Positions 51,607 to 61,110 of a DNA stretch of 64,000 nt are shown here, in pieces. The DNA is from Campylobacterales bacterium (lineage in GTDB: Bacteria; Campylobacterota; Campylobacteria; Campylobacterales; Sulfurimonadaceae), in the NCBI GenBank assembly GCA_038205935.1, contig JBBRBK010000003.1, positions 1 to 64,000 of the forward strand. The letters are read 5' to 3'. The stretch's first letter is position 1. Each line of letters opens with the position of its first letter. The position numbers were made by a program, and so were the translations under genes. Under the pieces are notes generated by a model. It was not told the origin of the DNA and ran no database searches. It worked only from the letters and a program-made list of their open reading frames with translations.

Positions 51607-52281
51607 TTACTTAGGAACAAACAATCCAATTATGTTTAATACAATGGCAATCAAAGCCATAAGCAGGCTCAACTCTGCAGCATTTTTTTTAAAAAAACCT
51701 TCCTCTTCACTAATTTGAATCACTGCTGAAGAGAGTAGTTTTCCTCTAAAAAAATACAGAATAGCAAGTGTTACTGTTATTGAAATCCATGCGATTACTA
51801 CAGATTTATTTAAAGACACATTTTTTGGTAAAACAATCATTATCATACTAGGTATAAATGTAAACAAATACAATATCCATCCAATTGGTGCAGAAAAAAA
51901 CCAGTTATACCAAAGTTGGTGTGATTTTATAAATGAATATACAATTTCTATGGCACCTGCACACCACGCTTCTGTTTCTGCATACACAGTAACATCTGCA
52001 AGACTATTTGTAATTGAACTTGTTCTAACTGAAACACGACGTTCATTTTGAGACATACGAAATGAAAATTTAGTTATACGTCCTTTTAAATGAGCATATT
52101 GTTTTAACTCCTCAAAATTGTCAAATTCTAATGTTTCTAATAATAATTTTATTTCGATATTACAATAAATTCTTTCAGAACTATCAAATAATGTAGATAA
52201 TCTATCCCATAAAACACCAAACTCGTCTATATCAATCAAAAAGGCAGGCAATCTTTTAGTACGCGTGATTTCTCTTTTCAT
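51607..52281 (-). CDS. AT-rich orphan protein with C-terminal TM helices
   Basis: 224 aa ORF with three hydrophobic C-terminal segments; no motif recognised. Confidence 0.7.
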   Translation of the reverse strand: MKREITRTKRLPAFLIDIDEFGVLWDRLSTLFDSSERIYCNIEIKLLLETLEFDNFEELKQYAHLKGRITKFSFRMSQNERRVSVRTSSITNSLADVTVYAETEAWCAGAIEIVYSFIKSHQLWYNWFFSAPIGWILYLFTFIPSMIMIVLPKNVSLNKSVVIAWISITVTLAILYFFRGKLLSSAVIQISEEEGFFKKNAAELSLLMALIAIVLNIIGLFVPK

Positions 52282-52336
52282 TTTATATCCACTACAAAGA
52301 TAAATTGTACGTATTATATCCCATTAATTTTTCTAT

Positions 52337-52548
52337 GTCTAACGAAAAGTTTATGCGTCAGTTGCAACATCTGCAGAGCCAAGAAATAGGAAAAGAATGA
52401 CGTGAAGAAAATGCAACTGTTTGAGAGAACATAGTGAACGAGTTTTGCATTTTTAGGAATGGATTTACTATTTCTTGGGAACTTGACGCAGTCAAGCTCG
52501 AAGCCGTTGCAAGAGCTTTTTGGTACTTTTTTGCGAAGAAAAAAGTAC
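52337..52548. other. Structured non-coding element with nested inverted repeats and attC-like core box
   Basis: TGCGTCA/TGACGCA, CCAAGAAATAG/CTATTTCTTGG, AAAATGCAA/TTGCATTTT nested; GTCTAAC at 52337; extra hairpin 52523-52548. Confidence 0.6.
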
Positions 52549-52556
52549 ATTAAAAC

Positions 52557-52587
52557 CTTTACATGCGAAGTGCCCTTTGGGTGTAAG
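52557..52587 (+). repeat. 18-bp element copy 3, inside TTACATG|TAAG
   Basis: CTTTACATG[CGAAGTGCCCTTTGGGTG]TAAG; insert 52566-52583. Confidence 0.8.
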
Positions 52588-52600
52588 TTAAAAAAAGAGG

Positions 52601-52633
52601 AAAGTTCCAAAAGAAAAAATCTTTTGGAACTTT
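52601..52633 (-). terminator. icd terminator
   Basis: AAAGTTCCAAAAGA-AAAAA-TCTTTTGGAACTTT, T-run downstream on minus strand. Confidence 0.75.
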
Positions 52634-52645
52634 AAAAAAGAAAGA

Positions 52646-54853
52646 TTATATAGAATCGATGATCGCGTTAAGTGTCGCACTTGGGCGCATAGCAGCATTT
52701 GCTTTTGCAGCATTTGGATGGTAGTAACCACCAATATCTTGCGCCGTGCCAGCTGTTGCACCTAACTCAGCAATAATTTTAGCTTCGTTATTTTTCAACG
52801 ATGCAGCAATTGGTGCAAATTTAGCTGCAATTGCAGCATCTTTTGTTTGCTTCGCTAAAGCGTCTGCCCAGTACTGCGCAACAAAGAAGTGACTTGCTCT
52901 GTTATCTGGCTCGCCAGCTTTGCGTGAAGGTGATTTGTCATTGTCAAGGTAACCAGCATTTGCAACGTCAAGTGCTTCTGTTACAGCTTCCAATGCCGGA
53001 GTATTGTGTTTCTTAGCAATAAATCTGAGTGACTCAGCAAGTGCCAAGAATTCACCAAGTGAATCCCAACGAAGGTGACCCTCTTCTAAAAATTGGTCAA
53101 CGTGTTTAGGAGCAGATCCGCCCGCACCAGTTTCAAATAGACCGCCACCAGCAAGTAATGGAACGATTGAAAGCATTTTTGCAGATGTTCCAAGTTCTAG
53201 AATTGGGAAAAGGTCAGTTAAGTAATCACGTAAAACGTTACCAGTTGCTGAAATAGTGTTTTGTCCCGCTCTTACACGCTTAAGAGAGAATGCCATCGCT
53301 TTTTCAGGAGCCATAATATGGTACTCGATTCCAGTTTTATCAAATTCTGGAAGGGTTGCTTTTACTTTTTCGATGATTTTTGCATCGTGAGCACGATTTT
53401 CATCTAACCAGAAAATAACAGGCACTTTTTCGATCTCACCACGTTCAACTGCAAGGCGAACCCAGTCTTTGATCGGGATATCTTTTGCACGAGACATTCT
53501 CCAAATATCGCCTTTTTCGACAACGAAGCTCATAAGTTCACCGCTTGCATCTGTTACAGTTACAGTACCATTTTCTTCGATTTCAAAAGTTGTTGGGTGA
53601 GAACCGTACTCTTCAGCTTTTTGAGCCATCAAACCAACATTTGATACAGAACCCATTGTTGTTACGTCAAACTGACCGTTTTTCTTACAATCTTCAACGA
53701 TTTCAGAATACATAGTTGCATAACAACGATCTGGAATAGTGATAACACACTCTTGCACTTTTCCAGCTGGATTCCACATTTTACCGCCATCACGTACAAC
53801 AACTGGAAGTGAAGCATCGATGATAACGTCATTTGAAGCGTGTAAGTTAGTGATCCCTTTATCAGAATCAACCATTGCCATTGCAGGTTGCGCAGCATAA
53901 ACTGCAGTCATAGCATCGTTAATCTCTTTTTGTTTATCAGCTGGAAGTTTTTCCATTTTTTTGTAAAGATCGCCAAGACCTAAGTTCGGGTTAAAACCGA
54001 TAGCTTTAAAATCATCTGCAAATTTTGCAAATACATCTTCAAAAAATACACAAACAGCGTGACCAAACATGATAGGATCACTTACTTTCATCATAGTCGC
54101 TTTTAAGTGAATAGACCAAAGAATATTTTTCTCTTTTGCTTCTGCAATAGATGAAGCTAGAAAAGAACGTAATGCTTTTGCGCTTAAGAATGTTCCATCA
54201 AGAACTTCTTTATCAAAAGCGTTGATTTCTTTTAAAACTTTACCATTTAAAGAGATAGTTACTTTACCATCACCATTTTTGATGATTGATTGCTCATTTG
54301 CATAGAAGTCACCCTCAGTCATGTGAGCAACACGAGTTTGCGCACCTTCATTCCATGCACGAAGTTTGTGTGGATTTTTCTTAGCAAAGTTTTTAACTGC
54401 AACTGCAGCGCGTCTGTCAGAGTTACCCTCACGTAAAACTGGATTAACAGCAGAACCAAGACATGCAGAAAATCTTTCTTTTAATGCTTTTTCAGCATCA
54501 GTTTGAGGATCTTCAGGATAATTAGGGATATCGTATCCTTGTGATTGAAGCTCAGCAATCGCTTCTTTTAACTGAGGAATAGAAGCAGAGATATTTGGAA
54601 GCTTGATAATGTTACCTTCGGGTTGTGTTGCCACTTCACCTAAGTATGCAAGTTCATCAGCAATTTTTTGCTCTTGCGTCAAATTGTCAGGAAAGTTAGC
54701 GATGATTCTTCCAGCAAGAGAAATATCTCTTGGCTCAACCTCTACGCCAGCTTCTTTAACGAAAGCTTTAACTATTGGTAAAAGTGAATATGTAGCTAAA
54801 GCTGGTGCTTCATCTATAACAGACCAGATGATCGTTGGTGTTGATTGTGCCAT
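52646..54853 (-). CDS. icd: Monomeric NADP-dependent isocitrate dehydrogenase
   Basis: DEAPALAT, KLPNISAS, NPVLREGNSDRR, FETGAGGSAPKH. Confidence 0.97.
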   Translation of the reverse strand: MAQSTPTIIWSVIDEAPALATYSLLPIVKAFVKEAGVEVEPRDISLAGRIIANFPDNLTQEQKIADELAYLGEVATQPEGNIIKLPNISASIPQLKEAIAELQSQGYDIPNYPEDPQTDAEKALKERFSACLGSAVNPVLREGNSDRRAAVAVKNFAKKNPHKLRAWNEGAQTRVAHMTEGDFYANEQSIIKNGDGKVTISLNGKVLKEINAFDKEVLDGTFLSAKALRSFLASSIAEAKEKNILWSIHLKATMMKVSDPIMFGHAVCVFFEDVFAKFADDFKAIGFNPNLGLGDLYKKMEKLPADKQKEINDAMTAVYAAQPAMAMVDSDKGITNLHASNDVIIDASLPVVVRDGGKMWNPAGKVQECVITIPDRCYATMYSEIVEDCKKNGQFDVTTMGSVSNVGLMAQKAEEYGSHPTTFEIEENGTVTVTDASGELMSFVVEKGDIWRMSRAKDIPIKDWVRLAVERGEIEKVPVIFWLDENRAHDAKIIEKVKATLPEFDKTGIEYHIMAPEKAMAFSLKRVRAGQNTISATGNVLRDYLTDLFPILELGTSAKMLSIVPLLAGGGLFETGAGGSAPKHVDQFLEEGHLRWDSLGEFLALAESLRFIAKKHNTPALEAVTEALDVANAGYLDNDKSPSRKAGEPDNRASHFFVAQYWADALAKQTKDAAIAAKFAPIAASLKNNEAKIIAELGATAGTAQDIGGYYHPNAAKANAAMRPSATLNAIIDSI

Positions 54854-55020
54854 GGTGACTCCTAAATCAGATTTTTGAAATTGGAGTATCTTAACATAGT
54901 TTTATCTCACAACTTTGAAATAGATTTCAATCTTGTAGCAATAAGATAAACATGTGTATAAAAGTAACAAATAGCTATTTATAACTGTTTCATTATTACA
55001 CACTAATTAAAAATAGCTTC

Positions 55021-56361
55021 TTACATGTAAGCAAATAAAATAAATAAAAGGGCAGCGATTCCTCCGGAGATAAGAGCATAAGGTAGTTGAGTCTTTACAT
55101 GTTCTACGATATCGCATTCACTAGCCATGGCAGAGATAATCGTCGTATCGGAGATAGGTGAGCAGTGATCTCCAAAAACGCCTCCAGATATCACAGCGCC
55201 CATCACAAGGGGAATATCAGCTCCCATAGCAGCCGCCATCGGCAATGCAATAGGTGTCATAATGCTAAACGTTCCCCAAGAAGTCCCCGTGGAAAAAGAG
55301 ATTATAGAAGCAAGAATAAAAATAACAAAAGCTAAAAAGTGGACTGATAAAATATGAGAAACAAATGAAGCCAAATAAGCGCCAGTTTTAAGTTCGCTTG
55401 TTACGTCACCAATCGCAAATGCAAAAAGTAAAATTGATGCGATTGGTATCATCTTTTTCACACCTATGTATGAAAGATGTAGACTTTTTTTAAGTCCCAT
55501 CGCACCATCAATTTTATAATAAAAAATCGTTATAAAAGTCGTAGAAAGCATCGTATAAAAGATAGAACTTGAACCACTTCCCTTTAAAATATCACCATTA
55601 CCGGTAATGGCTAAAAAAATAAAAACAAAAACAATCATCAAAAGGATCGGATAAAACATATGCCCGATTTTTCCTGACTTATTATGCTTATAATGATCGT
55701 GAACAATAGTAGCATTTTTCATAGGACCGATCTCAATGTTAAACCATATCATCAAAAATGTCACGACTAGTGCCGCCATCGCGTAGAAATTATATGCAAT
55801 CGATGAGATCAAAATATCAATTCCATTGCCAACGATGACACCTGCTAAAATCTGTGTAGAGATAAGTCCTAAAAGCAAAGCGCCCCAGCCATTGACAGCT
55901 ATGAGTGAACATACAGGCGCTGAAGTAGAATCACATACGAAAGCAAGTTTTGCGCGAGAGACCCCAAAGCTGTCTGTAAGTGGTCGACTTACCGTTCCCG
56001 CAACAAGCGAAGTGATAGAAGACTCAACAAAGATTACGATACCAATGGCATACGCCAAAAGTAAAGAGCCTCTTGCTGATTTGATGATGGAATGTTTTTT
56101 TTGTACAAAATGGATAAATCCACCAATACCACCAGAGTTTTCTATTAACGTGATAATGGAGCCTACAAGAAGAGCAAATCCAAGTGTTTTTAGTATCCAG
56201 CCTTGTGAAAGAAGAGTTGTAAAAAGTGAAAAAGTTGCACCAATCATGCTCACAATTGAGAATTCATTGAGGATAAAGAGACCAAGGAGAATGCCACCAA
56301 ACAGCGATATTAAAACATTACGTGTGTAAAGGGCTAAAGAAATAGCCAATAAAGGAGGCAA
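55021..56361 (-). CDS. Na+/H+ antiporter NhaC-family membrane protein
   Basis: DSTSAP, STGTSWGTF, GDHCSPISDTT, HVKTQLPYA; exact start uncertain. Confidence 0.88.
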   Translation of the reverse strand: MPPLLAISLALYTRNVLISLFGGILLGLFILNEFSIVSMIGATFSLFTTLLSQGWILKTLGFALLVGSIITLIENSGGIGGFIHFVQKKHSIIKSARGSLLLAYAIGIVIFVESSITSLVAGTVSRPLTDSFGVSRAKLAFVCDSTSAPVCSLIAVNGWGALLLGLISTQILAGVIVGNGIDILISSIAYNFYAMAALVVTFLMIWFNIEIGPMKNATIVHDHYKHNKSGKIGHMFYPILLMIVFVFIFLAITGNGDILKGSGSSSIFYTMLSTTFITIFYYKIDGAMGLKKSLHLSYIGVKKMIPIASILLFAFAIGDVTSELKTGAYLASFVSHILSVHFLAFVIFILASIISFSTGTSWGTFSIMTPIALPMAAAMGADIPLVMGAVISGGVFGDHCSPISDTTIISAMASECDIVEHVKTQLPYALISGGIAALLFILFAYM

Positions 56362-56389
56362 GACACTGAAGTAATCTATCTCCGTGCCT

Positions 56390-57016
56390 TTATAAATGAA
56401 ATTCTAAAAGAACAACGCCGCTTCGGCCAAAATTCTCTTTAAAGACTTCACACTTTTTCTCATCAATTACTTTAAAACCTAGTTTTTTGTATACTAGAAG
56501 AATGTCTGCAGACCCTATATCGACCATTGTATGGACAATTCGATAACCTTTTAGGCTCGCTGTAAGTAAACTTTTTTTGAGCAATTCTCTCACTATAAGC
56601 AGATCACTATATCCATCTTTTTCTATAAGAAAATCAAGCATCCAAGTTCGTTTATCTGTTTGAAATGAACAAAGTGAAACCATAGAAGCGTTCTCTTCAT
56701 ACTTTTCACTAGCACCCAACTCTTCAAGCGCTTTACTTAGTAATTCAGAGGTTGCAATTCTAGGCTCATAATTACACAGAGTTCCCACAGCTTCAGCGTC
56801 AATATCTGCAATTAAGAAGTTAGAATAATGACAATATGCTTTAATCTCAGAAGTAATCAACTTTTCAAGCATACCTAACATGTGTTCATCATCATTTACT
56901 TCAAAAATGAGATCAAATAGACCAATATTTTTTCCGGCTCTCGAACTTTTTAACATACATAAAGCTAAAAATTTTGAATCAGCGGGAATTGCTTTTCTTA
57001 CTTCAATTTTTTTCAT
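56390..57016 (-). CDS. GNAT-like acetyltransferase
   Basis: VRKA N-terminus, YKKLGF near C-terminus. Confidence 0.7.
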   Translation of the reverse strand: MKKIEVRKAIPADSKFLALCMLKSSRAGKNIGLFDLIFEVNDDEHMLGMLEKLITSEIKAYCHYSNFLIADIDAEAVGTLCNYEPRIATSELLSKALEELGASEKYEENASMVSLCSFQTDKRTWMLDFLIEKDGYSDLLIVRELLKKSLLTASLKGYRIVHTMVDIGSADILLVYKKLGFKVIDEKKCEVFKENFGRSGVVLLEFHL

Positions 57017-57063
57017 TTGCTACACTTTATATTTTTTAAATCTTGCTAATAGTATCATACTTT

Positions 57064-57765
57064 ATGATAAAAGTTTTCTTAATCTTATTGGCTATGAGTG
57101 CCAACCTACTATATGCCCGCCAAGTTGTTTTAGTTGTAAGTGATAATTTCAACACTACAAAAGCAAAAATGTACTGTTTTGAAAACGGAATGATCATATT
57201 TCAAAATATTGATGTCAATCTCGGAAGAAATGGTTTAGCGTGGGATATGCTTGATAAAACTTTCTCACATGTAGCAGATCAGCCCATGAAACAAGAAGGA
57301 GATGGAAAATCACCAGCAGGTGTTTTTGCACTCACTTCGAGTTTTGGATATGAAGCTCATACTTTTTTACTTCCTTATCATAGCAGTACATCTGAGGATA
57401 TCTGCGTTGATGATAGTAACTCAACGCTTTACAATTCCCTTGTTACGATGCCATCCGTAAAACCAAATAGTTTTGAATATATGAAACGTGAAGATGGACA
57501 GTATGAAATAGGCGTTGTTGTTGATTATAATCCTAAGAAAATCAGAAATAGAGGTTCTTGCATATTTTTACATGTACAAAAAGAGCTCAATCATCCAACA
57601 GCTGGATGTACATCTATGGATTATGAAGATCTCTATAAGCTCTTAACCTGGCTTGATATCTCCAAAAAACCTATTTTAGTACAGATTACAAAAGAGTATC
57701 TTGATGAAGTCATTAATAAGTTCACAGATATTCCTGACTTTATAAAATGTAATACTAAAAGATAA
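57064..57765 (+). CDS. L,D-transpeptidase-family protein
   Basis: KQEGDGKSPAG, GSCIFLH, PTAGC; signal peptide from ATG 57064. Confidence 0.85.
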   Translation: MIKVFLILLAMSANLLYARQVVLVVSDNFNTTKAKMYCFENGMIIFQNIDVNLGRNGLAWDMLDKTFSHVADQPMKQEGDGKSPAGVFALTSSFGYEAHTFLLPYHSSTSEDICVDDSNSTLYNSLVTMPSVKPNSFEYMKREDGQYEIGVVVDYNPKKIRNRGSCIFLHVQKELNHPTAGCTSMDYEDLYKLLTWLDISKKPILVQITKEYLDEVINKFTDIPDFIKCNTKR

Positions 57766-57816
57766 ACGTACTTTTAGTTTTGTAGCGTTATCATATTCAA
57801 AATGAAGGAGTTTCTT

Positions 57817-58566
57817 ATGCAAGTCAATGGTTCTAGCAGTAATTCGCTTTCTTATATCAACGAACATAAAAAGAGTGCTGATGCATCTCTTAGTAAAATA
57901 GCTTCAGGTAAAAATGAACAGCTTGATGACGCCACCTTGGCGCTTATCGCCTCTTCAATAGGAAATGATATTGGGACACTTTCCCAAGGTTTACAAAATG
58001 CAACAGATGCCTCGTCAATGATGCAAATAGCAGATGGCGCACTCCAGAGTCTTTCAAGCAGCGCAAATGATCTGAACACTCTTTCTGTTGCATCTAATAA
58101 TGCGGCTCTTTCATCAAGTGACAAAGCTACGCTTAGCTCTCAAGCAGATGCCATTAAAGCAAGTATGCAAAATAGTGTCAATAACGCAACTTTTAATGGA
58201 GTGAAAATTTTCGGAAATGATATGCAGTTTTCTTTAGGAAATAGTAGTTTATCTGCCAATATTGGGAGCGTGGATACAAGCTCTCTTAATATCTCCTCAC
58301 AACAAAGTATTACTGATTTTATGAAGTCACTTCAAGATATTCAAAGTACGGTGGGGGCTACAAGTAATTCGCTCAGCAGTTCGACGAGTTCAATATTGAC
58401 TCAGATAAGTTCACTCTCATCTGCTGCGTCTCAGATGAGTGATGCAAATATTGCCAATGAAGCAAGTAACTTTTCGCAACAGAATATTTTACTGAATGCT
58501 TCATTGATGACACAAGCGCATAAAAATAGCATTAATGCAGCGATGGTATCGCAACTTTTAGGATAG
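57817..58566 (+). CDS. Short flagellin-like protein (FlaC-like)
   Basis: LSKIASG, MQIADGAL, ATFNG, DANIANEASNF; lacks a variable domain; AAGGAG SD before ATG 57817. Confidence 0.85.
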   Translation: MQVNGSSSNSLSYINEHKKSADASLSKIASGKNEQLDDATLALIASSIGNDIGTLSQGLQNATDASSMMQIADGALQSLSSSANDLNTLSVASNNAALSSSDKATLSSQADAIKASMQNSVNNATFNGVKIFGNDMQFSLGNSSLSANIGSVDTSSLNISSQQSITDFMKSLQDIQSTVGATSNSLSSSTSSILTQISSLSSAASQMSDANIANEASNFSQQNILLNASLMTQAHKNSINAAMVSQLLG

Positions 58567-58570
58567 GCTC

Positions 58571-60172
58571 TTAAGCCTCATCCTCGCTACGTAGCATTTT
58601 ATCTTTTGCTTCGATACCAAGTAAACTCATACCCGTTTTTAAAGAAAGGGCAACTACTTCTAAAATCTTGAGTAGTTTCGCTTCTTCCTCATTTCCGATA
58701 ATTCTACAATCATAATAAAACTTATGCAGTTTCGCAGCAAGTGATTTGAGATAATCAGTTAGCTTTTGAACTTGTCTTGAGCTAAATGCATCTTCTATGA
58801 TTTCTGGTAATAAAAGTGCTTCAAATAGCAGTGAATCCGCGTCTGCACTCATATTTTTTAGAGGTGCATTATTTATCTCATCTGCACTCAGGAGACTTTT
58901 TTCAGCCATAGTTTTTATGCGTGCATGTGCATACTGGATATAGTAAATAGGGTTTGAACTATCTTGCTTTTTAAACTCTTCAACATCAAATTCTAAAGCG
59001 GTATCACTTTTTTTAGAAGCAAATATAAATCGAAGCGCATCCGAACCAACCTCATCTACGATATCGCTCATAAGAATAACGTTACCGGCACGCTTACTCA
59101 TCTTATATGGTTCGCCATCCTTAAGCAGACTTACCATCTGAGATAAAAGCACTTCAAGTTTTGAGCTGTCATAGCCCAAAAACTCAACAGCAGCTTTTAC
59201 ACGAGGAATATATCCGTGATGATCAGCGCCCCAGATATTGATATAGTGATCATACCCTCTTTCAAACTTTTGGTTATGGTAGATAATATCACCAGCCAAA
59301 TACGTTGGACGTCCATCTTCACGAACAACAACCCTATCATTATCATCGCCTTTTAAAGAAGATGCAATAAAGATTTTTCCATCTTGATCATAAACGCCCT
59401 CAGCCATTTTAGACATCACTCTGTCCCAATCAGCATACAGTGAAGATTCATTGATGAAAGTGTCAAAGTGAATATTTGTAGCAGCTAAAGTATCTACTAC
59501 CAGCTCCATAACGCTCTCTTTTGCCCAAAGAGCAAGTTCTCTTTGGCGAGAAACATCAGTTAATATCTCAATGCCGAATTTTACAACAGCTTTGGTAGTC
59601 AAATCTGTCATATATTCGCCACGGTAAAAGCTCTCTGGCCATTCAACTTCTTGTTTTAAGATAGTTGCCCTACCCTCCAACTGAATGGAAAGTCCAAGAA
59701 GATCTATCTGGTTTCCGGCATCATTGACATAATACTCAGCGGTCATATCATAACCAAGATGACGTCCGAGACGTAAAAGTGTATCTCCATAAACAGCTCC
59801 GCGAGCGTGACCGATATGAAGTGGGCCAGTAGGGTTTGCACTTACAAACTCTAAAAGTATTTTTTCACTTTTATTAGATTTACCAAACTCTTTTTTATTG
59901 TTAAGAACCCAAGAAGCGTATTCATCTAAAAAAGTTTCACTTAAACGGAAATTGATATATCCTTGTACGGATTCAACTGCGCTAAACATATCATCTTGTT
60001 CAAATGAAGTACTGAGTTCTTGTGCTATAACCATCGGTGATTTACGGAGTTCTTTTGCCAGAGAAAAGGCAATAGGAGTAGAAAAATGCCCAAAACTTCT
60101 GTCTTTGGGCTTTTCTAAAACAACGTCTCGATCAAATCTTTCGCGTAAAAGCGATCCTACCCGTTGTTTCAA
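58571..60172 (-). CDS. argS: Arginine--tRNA ligase
   Basis: SANPTGPLHIGHARG, WGADHHGY, KMSKRAG, YIQYAHAR. Confidence 0.97.
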   Translation of the reverse strand: MKQRVGSLLRERFDRDVVLEKPKDRSFGHFSTPIAFSLAKELRKSPMVIAQELSTSFEQDDMFSAVESVQGYINFRLSETFLDEYASWVLNNKKEFGKSNKSEKILLEFVSANPTGPLHIGHARGAVYGDTLLRLGRHLGYDMTAEYYVNDAGNQIDLLGLSIQLEGRATILKQEVEWPESFYRGEYMTDLTTKAVVKFGIEILTDVSRQRELALWAKESVMELVVDTLAATNIHFDTFINESSLYADWDRVMSKMAEGVYDQDGKIFIASSLKGDDNDRVVVREDGRPTYLAGDIIYHNQKFERGYDHYINIWGADHHGYIPRVKAAVEFLGYDSSKLEVLLSQMVSLLKDGEPYKMSKRAGNVILMSDIVDEVGSDALRFIFASKKSDTALEFDVEEFKKQDSSNPIYYIQYAHARIKTMAEKSLLSADEINNAPLKNMSADADSLLFEALLLPEIIEDAFSSRQVQKLTDYLKSLAAKLHKFYYDCRIIGNEEEAKLLKILEVVALSLKTGMSLLGIEAKDKMLRSEDEA

Positions 60173-60175
60173 GTG

Positions 60176-60421
60176 TTACGCTTGTTTTGTTGTAGATGTT
60201 GAAGTATGTTCTTCTGTAGTTGAAGCTTTTTTATCTATTTCAGTGTTTTTAGGTTGCTCAGATGATGCATGCTCCTCTGGATTTGCCTCTTTCATTTCAT
60301 CTTTGAAATTCTTGATACCTTTTCCTAAACCTTTAGCAAGCTCTGGAATTTTCTTACCACCAAATAAAATAACAACAACAAGAAGGATAATTAACCATTC
60401 TGATCCACTAGGTATGCCCAT
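60176..60421 (-). CDS. tatA: Twin-arginine translocase TatA/TatE subunit
   Basis: [23 protein letters not shown]. Confidence 0.95.
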   Translation of the reverse strand: MGIPSGSEWLIILLVVVILFGGKKIPELAKGLGKGIKNFKDEMKEANPEEHASSEQPKNTEIDKKASTTEEHTSTSTTKQA

Positions 60422-60495
60422 GAGTTTCCTTTAATAAACAGCATCTCTGCCATTAGAATTTGCAAAAGTATATCTGCGTTTTGCTGTAGTTGCCC

Positions 60496-61110
60496 TTAGT
60501 TTTCCCAATCAATTATAAACTTGTTAATCTTTGAAGTTGGAATTTTTAATCTTGCCGCTTTTGCAATTGTTGTAAGGTGTTTTGCCGCTTTTTCCAGATC
60601 ATCATTCACAACAAAAAATTCATACTCAGATATGCGCTGAACCTCACGTTTTGCCATTTGTATACGATTTTGTATGATCTCTTCGCTATCTGTTCCACGT
60701 AAGCGTAATCTATGTTCAAGCTCTTTTAAACTTGGTGTCGTAATAAATACAGATGTTGTAATATCTCCAAATCTATTTTTAACAGACATATTTCCCTGAA
60801 CATCAATATCAAATACGACTAACTTTCCAGCCTTAAGTGCTTCTTTTACCGGTTTAACAGACGTACCGTAGTAGTTACCATGCACAAGAGCATATTCTAG
60901 GAACTGTTCTGCTTCTATATCTTTTTCGAATTCTTCTATTGATACAAAATAGTAATCAACTCCATCTTTTTCACCTTCACGTATCGTTCTTGTCGTCGTT
61001 GAGATTGAAAAATAGTGTGCACCTATAACTTCAGAAACTCTCTTAATCAAAGAACTTTTTCCGGCTCCGCTTGGGCCTGAAAGTACTAAAATCGCTCCAC
61101 TACTTGTCAC
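60496..61110 (-). CDS. gmk: Guanylate kinase
   Basis: SGPSGAGKS, STTTR, GVDYYF, HGNYYGT; start either GTG 61110 or 61122. Confidence 0.96.
   Translation of the reverse strand: MTSSGAILVLSGPSGAGKSSLIKRVSEVIGAHYFSISTTTRTIREGEKDGVDYYFVSIEEFEKDIEAEQFLEYALVHGNYYGTSVKPVKEALKAGKLVVFDIDVQGNMSVKNRFGDITTSVFITTPSLKELEHRLRLRGTDSEEIIQNRIQMAKREVQRISEYEFFVVNDDLEKAAKHLTTIAKAARLKIPTSKINKFIIDWEN

Noticed and set aside
50987..52587. Two 18-bp element copies as direct repeats bounding a 1.6-kb mobile unit
   Set aside because: The interval contains dedA, apparently co-transcribed with uvrB, and has no mobility gene; a third copy lies alone in murD, so independent insertions are simpler.
52314..52610. 98-aa minus-strand ORF
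   Set aside because: Runs through a terminator, the 18-bp element and the nested inverted repeats; the region is better explained as non-coding structure.
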